In this document: piece by piece, positions 33,788-48,086 of the stretch
How positions within the stretch are numbered: position 1 is the stretch's first letter
How the letters are laid out: every line of letters begins with the position of its first letter
Assembly (NCBI GenBank): GCA_043228905.1
Contig: JBHGNT010000015.1
Coordinates: 5,208,001 to 5,272,000 of the forward strand
Direction: 5' to 3'
DNA: 64,000 nucleotides
Origin: Azolla caroliniana
Taxonomy: Eukaryota; Plantae; Polypodiophyta
Notes under the pieces: model-generated
Database searches by the model: none
The model's input: the letters and a program-made list of their open reading frames with translations, nothing else
Told to the model about the DNA's origin: nothing
Translations under genes and position numbers: made by a program

Positions 33788-36259
33788 CACCCGAACACCT
33801 TTAGATGCCGGTAAGACACATCCTTACCAGTCCATACTCTCTATAGTGTGTCTCTGTCCAAGGGTACTGAGGGTGATTTGTTTATCACGTAGGTCGTTGT
33901 CATCAGCGCCTCAGCTCAAAACGTCTTGGGTAGCTTTGCATATGCCAACATGCTCCGAACTCTCTCCATCACGATCCAGTTCATCCTTTCGGCCAGCCCG
34001 TTTAGTTCCGACGTCTTCGGCACGGTAAATTCGAGCCGGATTCCCTTCGACCGATAGTGCTCCTTGAACTGCCCCCGGTATTCACCTCCCTTATCTTCTC
34101 GAACCGCCTTCAGCTTTCGGCCGGTTTCCCTTTCCACTCTCGCGTGGAGCTCCTTGAAGACGGACAACACCTGATCCTTCGTCTTTAGCGGTGCGACCCA
34201 CAACTTCCGGTTGTGGTCGTCTATGAACGTCACAAAGTACTGTGATCCAGCATGTGACTTCGTGTCCACTTGACACACATCGGTATGCACCAGCTCCAAT
34301 GGTGCATTCCGTCTCATCAATGGTCGTGTCCGGAAGGAGGTCCAGTTCTGCTTGCCGGCCAAGCAATCAGTTCACTTCTCAAGATGCACATCTTTTACCT
34401 CCGGAATGAGGTTATCTTCAGCAAGTCTTCTCATTCCCTTTTGACTCAAGTGACACAATCTCTTATGCCACAGCTCACCGGCAGTGTCGGATGTTACGTT
34501 CACTTTTTCGCGGCATATCCAGGCATTCATCAGGTACAGTGTGTTGATTTTCCGGGCTCAGGCCACGATTAGGCTTCCTTTGCTGAACTTCATGATGTCG
34601 TTCCAAATGCTACCCGTGTATGTAGCCTTCATCGTCTAGCCGACCAGTTGATATCAGGTTCAGTCGAACCTCCGGAACGTGTCGGACATCCTTCAACAGC
34701 AACTTGCATCCGGTTGATGTAGTCAACAACACATCTCCCATGCCAACAATTCGGCATGATCCTTCATTTCCCATCCGGACACAACTGTGGTCACCGACTG
34801 TGTAAGATGCGAAGCACTTCCAGTCCGATGTTAGGTGGAACAACGCGTCGGAATCAACAACCCACGTTGTCTCTTTGCTAATGAAGTTCAACTCATTCTC
34901 TGCGGTGATGAGCAACATTTCTTCCTCACTCGTTGCGATTGCCGATGTCCCCTTTCGTTTTGAACCTTCCCGGTCCGAATTCTTCTTCGAATCGGTATTG
35001 TCAGTTCCTTTCTCTTTCCGAAAATGCCGACAATTCTTTTGGAAGTGCCCTGGCTTCCCGCAGTAGAAGCACGTGGGCCTCCCCCTTGATTTTGACCTCG
35101 TTCCCGACTTTTCCCGGTTCTGGGGTCTCTGGTTCCGTTGTCTTCCTCGTTGTGTTTCCGATTCGGTAATGAGGGCTTTGGAGTCGGAGATCACTTCCTT
35201 GTCTTTCCGACACGCCTCTACTAGAGACGTCTAGTTCATCGTGGTACTTGGGATATGGGTATGTCATATTATCTTCTTCTTCTTCGACCTATTCCAGTCC
35301 CGGTATGGGTTTGTGTACCAGTGGTGTCGGCACACGGTCATCTTCCTCCTCCGGTTGTTGTTCCAAAATCACTTCTTCCTGTTGGACCGGATTCAATTCC
35401 TATACTAGTGGTGTTGGTATCATCGTTTCCGACTCCGGTGTTTGTGTGTGTTCGGATCCATCTTCCTCTGGCTCGTCTAGAGTGTCATGACTGGATTGAT
35501 AATTTGAGTGGACGCTTCGTTCGCTATCTGATCTCAACTCGAATGCCGAAAAAGCCTCTGAATCTTCGGCGCCTATTGCCAAAGTCTGCAATATCGATTC
35601 AGCGTCGAGCAGACTGGTAAGGCTGCTTCCTTCGTCTAAGTGTCGTTGATTTTGAATCCGAACTATTTCCTCTACGACCAACCGAAGCAATCTAGGAAAA
35701 GACCGATCATGTCGGATCTCTTCTGCTACCTGCTGGTAAGCCTCCAGCCTCCACAGTCGCTCAGCTAGTCTTCTCGCTCGTTCGGTCACTGGGTCGTTCG
35801 TCTATCTAGACATCCATTCCCCGTTGTTCACTACTCAGTGTAGGAATCATGGTCGCCAAAACTGTGTTTATCCTAGGCCGGACTAGCCACAAACACAAGG
35901 TGTCTTCCTGGAACACGTCTCCAAAGAGGTGGTCAGAGATATGGATGATGATTCGGATCTTATTCACTCAACACTATCTGGTTACTTTCCGGAATACTTA
36001 TCACTTATCCACTCTTAATTACACGCGTAAGATTACAACCACGCTTAACACTTGTATTACTTTCGTAAGATTTATACATCAATCAGGATCCTTTTATAGG
36101 CATCCAGTACAAGTTTACAAAACGGTGCCTTACCGACTACCAACTATTCATCCGTGCGGATTTGGATCGGTACAACTAATCGGATCCGTACTTTCTTTAA
36201 TAATTATTAACTACTATTTACATAATATTCATCCAATCCATCTCTTCCCCATCCACACT

Positions 36260-38610
36260 TCTCCTCCGGGTCATACTCTAAGGGCCAACACAACCAAAAT
36301 TCGTGGAACAGAGCTCTCCAAGCAATGCAACCAAGCAAATGCTTCAAGCTATGTCAACAATGATGATGCACGTAAACCACACAAATCAAACAATAATGCA
36401 TTGGTTAACTAATCAATCACAACAAACAGGAAACAACACAGAGAAACAAAAGGACTCACAAATCAGGCCACGATCATTTTCCTGTCTACCAACAGAAGAT
36501 GTATTGGCTTGGTTAGATCACTTTGATAATGTCACCGACTATCATCAATGGAATGATGATAGAAAAGCCCTTGAATTGCGCACAATATTGGAAAACATCG
36601 CAACAACCTGGTTTATTCAACAAAAAGAAGAAGTAAGACAAGATAATTTGGTCATACCTACGCGAACAACTGATCCAACACTTCGCCAATAACGACATAC
36701 TGCAAACAGCCCCGCAACAATTAGGTAACATGCGTCAACAAACACATGAACCAATAGCATAGTTTGCAGTCAGATTAAAACAACTATTACTAAGAGTAGA
36801 TCCAAACATGAAAGAGACTATGAAGTTGTATTTCATGCTACCAAGGCTGAGACATGACATCTACAGGAGAGTAAAAGATCATGGACCGACCACATTCCAA
36901 GTGGTTGTATAGATCGCTCAACGTATAGAAGCACCTGACTACATGGAATTGCCACAAGCACCTACAACGCCACAACACAACCATCAGAAGCATCAAGTCA
37001 AACCCATAGCATCCCCGATGGATATTGACATACAAAATGCACAAATTAATGCTAAGAAGCAACTTCCAAGTCGTGACACACACATTGCACCTTCACACTA
37101 GCACAACATACTTTCGTCCATTCATTTTATGTCCTGCCAAAACAACTTTTTCCTTTAACATTAGGATGTGATTGGTTTGTTAAGCATGGGGCCCAATTGC
37201 ATTTCGATACATAGACATTAGTCCTTCCGCATATTAGGCCGTTCAACACAATTCCACTTCTTAACACCCCTCATAATATCACACAAATCATGCATACTCA
37301 AATCCACATAAAACCAGAACAATCACGTTTAGCTGACCTTTGTCGCCTACTCAGGCAGTTTCCAAAAATCTTTATGAAGACAAATAAAACAACCCAAGTA
37401 ACTTTACAAGTGCAGTACACCATACCCACAACAGACTCTCCTCTAGTGTGAATGGCAGCTAGAAGGCGTTCACCGCTTGATCATCAAAGGATAAATACAA
37501 CAGTCCTAGAAATGCTCCAAAAGGATATTATTGAGCCGTCTTGCAGTGAATGGGTATCAGAGCCTCATCTGGTAAAAAAAGATGACGGTACATTCAAATT
37601 TTGCATTGATTTCAGACCATTGATAAAATTACAAAATATGACAGATATCCATTATCACGCATCGACGATTTAATCGACCAACTTGGTGAGTCAATTCCAA
37701 ATAGAACCAGCACAATCATGGTTAGTTGATCTTTGTCACCTACTTGGGTAGTTTCCAAAAATCTTTATGAAGACAAAAAACAACCCAAGTAACTTTACAA
37801 GTGCAGCACGCCATACCCATAAGAGCCTCTCCTCTAGTGTGAATGGCAGCTAGAAGGTGGTCACCACTTGATCATCCAAGGATAAATACCACAATCCAAG
37901 AAATGCTCCAAAAGGATATTATTGAGCCGTCTAACAACGAATGGGTATCAGAGGCTCATCTGGTCAAAAAAGATGACGGTACATTCAGATTTTGCATTGA
38001 TTTCAAACCACTAAATAAATTTACAAAACATGACATATATCCATTACCACGCATTGACGATTTAATCAACCAACTTGGTAAGTCAAGATACTTTACATCA
38101 TTAGATCTGGCTTCAGGGTACTGGCAAATACCACTGCGACCTGAAGATAAATACAAGACAACTTTTAGAACACAACACGGCTTATACCAATTCAAGAGGA
38201 TGCCCTTCGGATTATCAGATGCAGGCAGCACATTCCAAAGAATAGCGAACACCATTTTTCAAGACCTAATCCATAAAGGAGTCATATTGGTCTATCTCGA
38301 TGATATACTGATACAAACTGCTGAGTGGTCACAACATATTCAAGTCCTACAAGAAGTCCTCCTACGCATACAACAATATAACCTACAACTATAATTTACG
38401 AAGTATAAATGGGGAGCAACAGAGTTACGATTTTTAGGATTCCCAATATCTTCAAATGATCCCAACTCAACCCGGCTAAGATATGAGCCATTGCAAACTA
38501 TCCAACGCCAAGCAACATCAAATCCCTACAAAGCTTCCTCGACCTCGTGAACTTTTCACTGTGGTTTATTCCTAACCTAGCTATGGTCACGACTCCCTTA
38601 AGATTACTAT
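36260..38610 (+). mobile_element. Degenerate Ty3/gypsy gag-RT with a ~390-bp tandem duplication of the RT N-terminus
   Basis: gag-like WLDHFDNV...WND. RT ORF 37843-38394 (FRFCIDF, YPLPRIDD, LDLASGYWQ, MPFGL, YLDD). 37452-37673 duplicates its start. Confidence 0.85.
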
Positions 38611-38659
38611 TGAAAATAGGACCCAAATATCAGTAGTCGGCAAATTGTGCACAAAATTT

Positions 38660-40270
38660 TGAGAAAATCAAACATGAAGGGGATTCCACCAAAGGACGCG
38701 ATGCACATTATCCCTATGAAAGGAGGGGCTAAACCATTGTTCCATTGACCCAGACCTATGAACCCATGGTATGCCCAAGAAGTAAGAGAAAGAGCAGATA
38801 AAATATGAGAAGGGGGCATCATCTATCCATTAGAATGCACCACTTGGGTGTCAACCATCGTGGTGGTCCCCAAAAATAATGGAAAGTTTAAAAACGCATG
38901 GATTTTTTACAATAAATGAGGCCACCATTCATGTCAACTACTCAACCATGTATATTGAACACCTTTTGGAATGAAGTGTCGAGAAAGATGTGCACAATTT
39001 TATTGACTTTTTTCACAATATAATAAGGCCATCGTAGGCCTTGAAAACCAATATAAATAATAAGACCATGTTTACCACTGAGTTCACTACACATTCTTAT
39101 AACTAAATGTCTTTTGTTCTTATTAATGCTTTGAGCACTTACCAATGAAGAGTTGACCCCATATTTAATATGTCAATGCTCTCGATTGTAATTCCTCGTG
39201 GGAGGAACACTTGGGCTCTACTTTGTACCATATTTTGGACGTGTCAAGAGTGCCAACTCTTGTTAAACTACTTAAGCCTTGTCCCATCATTAAGAAACAA
39301 CTCCAAGCATTTATGGCACGAGATTCATCGCTATTAGCTACTTGAAAAATATGTTTAGACAAAAGAATGATCATGAGATTTCGACACTATCAAAATGTGT
39401 TTAGCATGGGCTTCTATAATCGGGTCAATTAATTTGGAGCTAAAGTTTCATGTTCATATGGACACTTTGGCCTTTACCAATGGCATCATGTCAATGGATT
39501 TTACCATCAGATTTACTAGTTGTCAACTCGACCAAGTGGAACAAAATCATTCCACCATAGACAAAGGAGTCATTATTTGCACCAATTCTATTTGTTTATG
39601 CCAAAATTGAAAATTTCATTGAATTGAGTTCTTGTGAGAATACATATTGTAAAGACAAACTATGAGATGTTGTGCAAGAAGAAATGGATATATTAAATGG
39701 CACATGAGAAATAATACTTAGAATCGATAGTCAATTTTCAATCTATTGTAGGTGGATCTATGAGGTAAAGTATGATTTTTATGATACAATTAATTAATAT
39801 AAAGCCTTGTTGCAAAGGATTATGCATAAATTTTGGATTAGCATATATGAATTATAAATTTTCACTTCAATTTACATTGTGGTGCAACCTAGGCAAGGGA
39901 TAAAACATCAAGAAAAAGCACACTTTAATTGGTGGGTTTATTCAACATGTAGTATTATTGTGGGTATCCATGAAACAACAATTGCCTTAAGCACCATTGA
40001 AGCTTAGAACAAAGTCGTAGCATAAGCAACCTACAAAGTTGTATGGATAAAGATGTTGCTCAGAGATCTTGGAATTATTTTTCCTATAAAGGTTGATTCA
40101 GATATTCCACAATAAAATGAGCTCCACGACACTAGCAAAAAATCCACTTTTTATGTCAGAACCAAACATGTACAAGTTTACTATCATTATTTTCATGAAA
40201 AGTTTATCGGATCAAACTTACCTCACTAAATTGTAAATATCCTCACAAAAGCTAAGGCTCAAGTTCAAGG
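38660..40270 (+). pseudogene. Highly decayed gypsy RT/RH fragments (38660-39610) and copia RNase H fragment (39930-40270)
   Basis: Residual motifs ECTTWVSTIVVVPK, FHVHMDTLAF and RTKHVQVYYHYFHEK. Confidence 0.5.
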
Positions 40271-40630
40271 TGAGAATGTGAGGGTGTGAAAAGCTCATTG
40301 TTTTGCCTTTTATGTGTGATATATGTTTGAATATTATGTCGTCGTCCTTTTTTACTCTTAAAGTATTATTTTCTCATAACTTTCTAAGTTTTTCCTAAGG
40401 ATTTATCTAGTTCTCTATGACCGAGGTCTGAGACCAAGTATTAGATTGAAGTGTCCAGTTCACAACTATGTATGTCACTCTAGATGTGTGATGGTTTCTC
40501 GAGCCTGAAAACTCCACGTTGTCATTATGTGAAGCAATGCCCCTAAATTGTGTACTCATTAGGTCATGAGGGATGTTGAACACTTCAATCACATGAACAT
40601 TGACATGAGGAAAAAACGTAGTGGTGTGCA

Positions 40631-40665
<35 letters not shown>

Positions 40666-43600
40666 ACCCAAATGGATTTAGCTCACTTGGTGAGATTGAA
40701 ACCAAGACCTATAGTTAGTAGTACAACACCATGCCACTAAGAATGTAAGAAATAGAGAGAGAGAGAACATGAAAGGGTCTTTATCCCCATAACATGGAAC
40801 AAGACAATTATAAAAGCACTTAATTACATATAAACCCGACATTTTGGCTCTTCCCCTACTATTCTTCACTTTCCTTCCTCACTTTAGACTTGAGGTCCTC
40901 TCCCCCTCTCTCTCTCTCTCTCACACACACATAAGATATGCTTTATGGAAAGCCTTATGTTAATCATTTGTATTGAGCATGGTTAACTTAAATAACACTA
41001 ATGTGGCTATTCTCTTTGTGTTCTTTCTTGCCATTTAAGTACTTTAAGCATTCAGATTAAGTCCTTCGTCCCTTCGTTAAATTATCATTGTGAGATTTTC
41101 GTAGAGTTTGTCTATGTTATTAATGTGATTGCTAGTATCTTAGAAACATTAGATGGTGATAATCATTCTTTCTTGTGTCATTAACAATAGTGTAAAGAAT
41201 TGTTTGGTCTCATAATGTGACATTGGCAGGGAATCATGACTTCTCTAAGATTCAAGATGTGTGCTCAATTCAGTCTACACCTTGAACCAACACAATATAC
41301 ATCTTCTTTTCTCCTTACCTTAACATTAATAGATATCATTTTACTTGAACAGTAGCGACATGTGGTAATCCAAGTATTGATAGAACTTTGGCAATTAAGC
41401 GCCATTATATTATCTTGCAAATCAATGTAGTTAATTATTTTCCTTAAGTGTTCAAACTTGTTTTTTTCTAGAGATTAAGAATTTGACAACAACAAGTTCT
41501 ACGATGTCTAACTCAAATATTGATTATGAATTCTACAACACTCTCCATTCCTAGTACCTCAACTAGAAGAGATCTTACTAGAAGTTGAAACATCTATTTT
41601 GTCAATATATTAACTCGAAGACACTTTATAAGAAAAGGATTTTGCACACCTTCAAACTTGCCAAGTAGACCTAGAGAAAGAACGCCTATAGAGGAGGCAA
41701 TATTTTTCCTTGTGATAATCTAATTATATGACAACCTGTATCCACAACTTTAGATTTTAGAACAAGTGACACTTACCTAAACATATGTTTATATAATCAT
41801 TTAGGTTGGACATGCATCATGTCAACGTATTTTAGTGGCTAGCATGCGTGGCTAGAACAAGTAGCCATAACAACTCCTTAAGCATTTTCTAACTATTCAC
41901 AATCATAGCCTTGTCATTGTTCCATTAACCATTACTTGTTCTTTAGATGTTTGATGCAGTAATAACTATGCACGTTTTGCCCTTTTCTTAATATTCCCCA
42001 AATTCTAAAGATTTGTTACTGTTAATAAATCTAAAGGGAACATAGAGGACTATGCACGTTTTGCCCTTTTCTTAATATTCCCCAAATTCTAAAGATTTGT
42101 TACTGTTAATAAATCTAAAGGGAACATAGAGGAGAGTAATAGATTGTTTTGTAGAGAATTTGATACCCTTTTATTATTTAACATATTTTTTAAGAAAACT
42201 ACTTAAGAGTTTAGACAGTTTTCAATACACAAAGGTGACATTTTTATACATTATGTATGGTATGCATTTTGATTTTAAATATTTGTTTCGAACACTAAAA
42301 ATCAAGATTTGTATAGTTTCCGAGTAACACACCTACAATTTTGGCAATATAGTTGTGGACGGTTGATGGTGTAATCACTTGGAGGAGGTATGTAGCTATC
42401 ATCATGAGTCATGACATAACCTAATGATTAAAGATATCAATTAGTAATGTGATGATTATCGAACAATAGGCAATGTGTCTAATTCAACTCTGTGAGACAC
42501 AAACAGGAAATTCCACTATAGAAAATCACAAATTTCGATAAGAGCAAAGAAAAAAAGATAATGACACTGAGAGGAAATCATTGGCAAAACAAATTAACAA
42601 ATGAAGAACGACAAAGTATTACTTGGGATGGATGTTATATACAATTGGCTATAGGCAATGACCACCACATGTGTATATATACCCAATGTGCTAAGGTGAA
42701 GACATTTTTCCATAATTTGCATATTAAGGGGTGGTGAACATGGACATTTAGAGGTCAAGGCTCAACACATATAAGATCTAGGGTGTCAACCTAAGCAAAA
42801 GTTGGCATAGAAAACCATAAACATGCAAAACATGCCATTTATTGGTTTGCACCATGATTGACCAAGAAAAAGTTGAAAGAGGTGTATGTCAACCTTAGGG
42901 ATTCTTCCTATGCATACATATTTGTGAACGGAGTCTTTTCTCTACAAAAAGATTGTTTAACAAGGTCGAACCAACGTCTACTCTATCTTAGGTGGGACAA
43001 GTAGATATGGGTGTCAATTATATTTAAACTCATTGACATTAATTCTAACTACAAAAGTGGGCAATTCATTAATTACCAATGTACTAGAGGTTGATTCAAA
43101 GCTCCATCACACTGGCAAAAAAACTAGTTTTCATGTCACAACCAAACATCTACAAGTTTACTATCAATATTTCGTGAAAAGTTTATAATATCAAAAGTAC
43201 CTCAAAATTGAGCACTAAATTGCAAATATCCTCAAAAAAGCCAAGACTCAAGCTCAAGGTGAGAATGTGAAGGTGTAAAACGTTCATTGTTTTGCCTTTT
43301 ATGTCTCACATCAGTTTGAATATTCGTGTGTTTGTCCTTTTTTGCACTCATAGGATTGATTATTCTCTCATAGCTTTCTAAGTTTATCCTAAGAATTTAT
43401 CTAGTTGTTCTCTATGACCCGACCAAGTATTAGGTTGAAGTTTCCAGTTGACAACTTAGCATATCGCTCTAGATGTGTGTTGGTTCCTCGACATTGAAAA
43501 CTTAGTATTACACCATGTGAAGCGATACCCCTAAATTGTGTACTCATTTCACATTTGACCACGAGGGATTTTGGACAATTCACCAACATGAACTTGGCAT

Positions 43601-43666
43601 TTGCATTGGCACCAGGAAAAAAATGTAGTGTGTATGAGAGGTATAGACAGAGAGAGAGAGAGAGAG

Positions 43667-43990
43667 GAGCATGTAGCTCGGTTGGTAAGGTTGCCCAATG
43701 GAGACCAAGAAGTCATGGGTTCAACCCCTACATTTCATAGTGCCGTCTAATAAAGTAAGATCACATATATAGAGTAAGGCAACTTGGCAAGTAGCTCAGT
43801 TGGTAAGGTTGCCCAATAGAGACCAAGAAGTCATGGGTTCAACTCTTACATTTCATGTTGGCATCTAGTAAACTAAGAGGATATGTATAGAGTAAGGCAT
43901 GTAGGTTGCCCAATAGAGACCAAGAAGTCATGGTCTTAACCCCTACATGTCACATTGGCATATAGTAAAGTAAGAGGATATGTATAGAGT
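43667..43990 (+). repeat. Three tandem tRNA-derived (SINE-head-like) units of ~110-120 bp with Pol III A and B boxes
   Basis: TAGCTCGGTTGG (43674) and TAGCTCAGTTGG (43792) A boxes, GGTTCAACCC B box. Cloverleaf is imperfect. Confidence 0.65.
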
Positions 43991-44549
43991 AATAGAGAGG
44001 CCATAAAATTGGTACCATAGCCAAGACCTATGGCTTGATAGTGTAACAACTTACCACTAGGGTAAGGTAATTACAATAAAACAACAAAAGAAATGTAAAA
44101 AAGAAGAAGAAACAACTTACCACTAGGGTAAGGTAATTACAATAAAACAACAAAAGAAGACATGTAAAACCTAGGAAAGGATCTTTCTCCCAACAATGTG
44201 GAAGGGAACAATGGCAAAATAACTTAAATACATATAATGGAAATATAAACCCAACTTTTTGGCTCTTGCCGTATTATTTTTTGCACTTTCCCTACTTTAG
44301 ACTTCAACTACTCTCTCTCTCTCTCTCTCTCTCTAAGATATGCTTTACACAATGCCTTATGTTAATCACTTGTATTAAGCATGGTTAATTTCAATAATAC
44401 TAGTGTGGCTATTCTCTGTGTTCTTTCTTGCAGCTTAAGTACTTCAAGTGTGAGATGTTAGTAGAGTTTGTCTAAGTCATTAATGTGATCATTAGTATCT
44501 TAGAAACATGAGACAATGATAATAATTATTGCATACGTCGATAACAATA

Positions 44550-45319
44550 TGTTGGGAATATGAGACTAAATCGGGATGATTTAAACTTCAAACACAATTA
44601 ACACTTGATGAAACCACGAGACGAAAATGAGAGTACACCAAAAATTTTAACGTGGAAAACCCAAAGTAGGGAAAACCACGAGAACCGTAGGTTCCAAACA
44701 AATTCACTATAATTTTGAGTACAATGGAATATGACCTCACTAGAGGGGTGTATCTACCTCAAGGCAATGGCCTTGGTTACAACCTTCACCCAATCGGGTA
44801 GATAGAATAACAAGGATTGCAAACTGCGTACGAACTCTCTAGGTTTTGACTAGAGAAATGTCCGAGCCTCAAGGCAACAACCTTGGCTACAATCGTCACC
44901 CGATTGGGTGGATACAATAACAATAAGCACAAGGAATGTGCTAGTCTCTCTAGGTTTTTGTCTAGAGGAAATATATTAGCTTCAAGGCAACAACCTTGGC
45001 TACGATCCTCACCCGATTGGGTGGATAAACCAAAGAAAAACGAAAACTATAAAAACATAAAACGAAGAAACCTGAAACAAGTACACAGGACAAGTGTTGT
45101 TCAATTGTGGTTCTTCGATAACACGAACAACCCCTCATAGATCTCTGTCTCTACGTCAGTAGTCCACTCTTCCTCTTGCTCCCTCTTTCGTTTTCTGTTT
45201 TTTTGTTCTTCCCACAATTTTCTATTTTGCTCTCTTTTCTCCTTTTTGGCCCCACGACCGTTCGATGCTCAGCAAACTCTAGTTGATGTGGGCTCCACTT
45301 GAGTGGACAAGCCCCAACA
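44550..45319. mobile_element. Solo LTR (770 bp, TSD CAATA) with three ~110-bp internal repeats
   Basis: caata|tgttggg...cccaaca|caata. Empty site ttaacaatagt present in duplication copy 1 (~41181). Confidence 0.9.
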
Positions 45320-48086
45320 CAATAGAGGTTAAATTGGTCTCATAATGTGACATTGGCAAGGAGGCATGACTTCTACCAAGATTCAAGATGTGCGCTTAGT
45401 TTTGTCCACACCTTGAATCAACATACACTCTACGTCCTCTCTCTTTTTCCAAAAAAAAGATACTACATTTCTATTAAGAAACTGCCCTAAGGCCATATGT
45501 ACATACAAGATGTACCAAAGAGCACTTTTTTTTCTAAGTTCTAACCGTCGGCTTAAATAAATACTTTGGTGTAAAGTAGAACCACTCCACCTTATTGAAA
45601 TTTGCCTATAAAATATGCCTCTATCCCAGATAACATGAAACTCCATTCGCTTGAGCTCCGCTTGCGTATTAATTTTTATATTATCCAAAGAACCTCTGAG
45701 ATTATGCACAATCTCTGTCCAAATTCCATAAATTATTTGGGCAGGTTTACCTTCAAACACACACTCTATGTCCTCTTCTCTCCTTACCTTAACATTGATA
45801 GATATCATTGTATCTTTGTAGTGAACAACAATATAAACATATGGAGACTCCAAGCACATATTGTTAAAACATCGGAAATTTTAGTGGTATCAGATTGTCT
45901 TTGTGAATCAATGTGGTTAATTATTTTCCTTAAGTGTTTGTTCTTGTCTAATTCTAGAGATTAAGAATTTGACAACAACAAACTTAGGGTGTCTAACTCA
46001 AATATTGATTATGAATTCTACAACATTTTCCATCATCATTATCTCAATTAGAAGAGATCTTATTAGAAGTTGGAGCGTCTATAGTGTCGGTATATTGACT
46101 CGAAGACACTTTGTAAGAAAATGCTTAGTAGACCTATAGAAGGCGGGCCTATAGAAGAGCCACTATCCCCATTGATAATCTAATTATATGACAACCTATA
46201 CTTGCAACTTTATATTTTTGAACAAGTGACACTTACCCAAACATATGTTTATATAATCATTTAGGTTGGACACGCATCATGGCAACATATTTTAGTGGCT
46301 ATCATGTGTGGCTAGAACAAGTAGCTATAATAACTCCTTAAGCATTTTCTAACTATTCACAATTGTAGCATTGTCATGGTTTAATTAACCATTACTTGGT
46401 CTTTAGATGTTTGATGTAGTAATAACCATGCACGTTTTGCCCTTTCCTTAATATTCCCCAAATTGTTAAGCTTTGTTACTATTAATAAATCTAAAAGGAA
46501 CATAGAGGAGAGCAATAGATTGTTATAGAGAATTTGATGGTCTTGCATTATTTAACATATATATATTTTTTAAAATATTTAAGTCTACACTTTTTTCAAT
46601 ACAAAAAGGTAACATTTTTATACATTATGTGTAGTATGGATTTTGATTTTAAATATTTGTTTCAAACACTAAAAATCAATATTTTTATAGCTTTCGAGTA
46701 ACACAACCTCAATTTTGATAAGATAGTTGTGGACAGTTGATAGTGTAACCACTTGGAGGAGGTATGTAGCTCTCATCCTGAGTCATTACCTAACTTAATT
46801 ATTAAAGATATAATGTGTTGATTAGTAAACATTAGACAACGTGTCTAATTCAACTATGTGAGACACAAAATTCCACTATCGAAAATCACGAGTTTCGATA
46901 AGAGCAAAGCAACAAAGATAATGTCTATGAGAGGAAATAATTAACAAATGAAGATCTATAAAGTATGACTTTGGGATGGATGTTACATACAATTGGCTAT
47001 AGACAATGACAACCACACGTGTGTGTATACCTAATGTGGTAAGGTAAAGACAATTCCGTAATTTTCATATTAAGGGGTGATGAAAATGGGAAATTTATAG
47101 GTAAAAGGCTCAACACGTATAAGATCTAGGGTGTTAACCTAAGCTAACATTGGCATAGAAAACCATATACATGCAACACGCAAGTTGGTAAGGTTTGCAC
47201 CATAATTGACCAAGGAGAAGTTGAAAGAGTTGTATGTCAGCTTAGGGATTCTTCCTATGCATACATATTTGTCAACGGAGTCTTTTCTCTACACTAAGAT
47301 TGTTTAACAAGGTCAAACCAACATCAACTCTATCTTGGGTGGGAAAAGTAGATATGTATGTCAATTGTATTTAAACTCGATGGCATCAATTCTAACTACA
47401 AAAGTGAGCACTTCATTAACTACCCATGTACTCAACTTAATCAAGAAGACTTAATCGACACTTTTATCAAGTTAAACAATACTATTCAATGAAACATCAC
47501 CTCCAATCGTAATACAAGAAGATCAACTTCTTACGAATTTATCAAATTGCTTGAGGTGGATTAAGAGGAGAGGGAGAGAAATTGGGTTGAGCTTAACACT
47601 AAAAAATCATATAACTAGGAAGAGCCAAAAGTGGTCTTTTATACTTCCCTTGACATTTAAATGCTTTTTACCCTTGTCCCTTTTCACATTAGGGGGACAA
47701 AGGAGCTTTCCTATGTTCTATGTGTTCTTTCTCTTCGGTTACATTGTTTACTCGCGTTGATGCCAATATCTATGTCAATGAACCATTTGATGGTTACTTG
47801 ATGAGAGATGAGATTTTTGTTTTAGTTGTTTAGGGGGGGTGAAAACATGAGGACATTATAGATCAAGTGTAAAGGGGAGGAGGAATGAGAATAAGTGTTT
47901 TACGGCCTATGATCGAGGCATTATGACCAATAAGACCTAATATAATATACTATTATGGCTCATTCACTTATTCCAAAGATGAAAATGATATGGTGTGAGG
48001 TAGGGACTGCTAAAATGATTGCTACACTTTGTAATGGTGAAATGAATTTTGAAAAATTGGGTTTTTAAAGTACATAGCTATCCTAT

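Larger units (their letters stand above)
30911..35240 (-). mobile_element. Degenerate copia element D: 3' LTR ~30911-31434, PPT 31435-31445, RH/RT 31450-33480, integrase 33790-34600, gag/protease 34610-35240
   Basis: ORFs with STTEAEYM, KHIQRRYHWI, DVKTAFLHGDLEEEIYM, HTDVC...FIDD and CFYCGKPGHFQKNC, with many stops and frameshifts. Confidence 0.88.
40088..47432 (+). repeat. Tandem duplication of ~3 kb: copy 1 ~40088-43086, copy 2 ~43087-47432 (enlarged by insertions)
   Basis: Collinear diverged matches, e.g. accaaacat.tacaagtttactatca at ~40160/43141, gagattaagaatttgacaacaacaa at ~41471/45957, attctaactacaaaagtg at ~43042/47389. Confidence 0.9.

Noticed and set aside
43667-43740. Functional tRNA gene
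   Set aside because: Anticodon and acceptor stems do not pair properly; reported as a tRNA-derived repeat instead.
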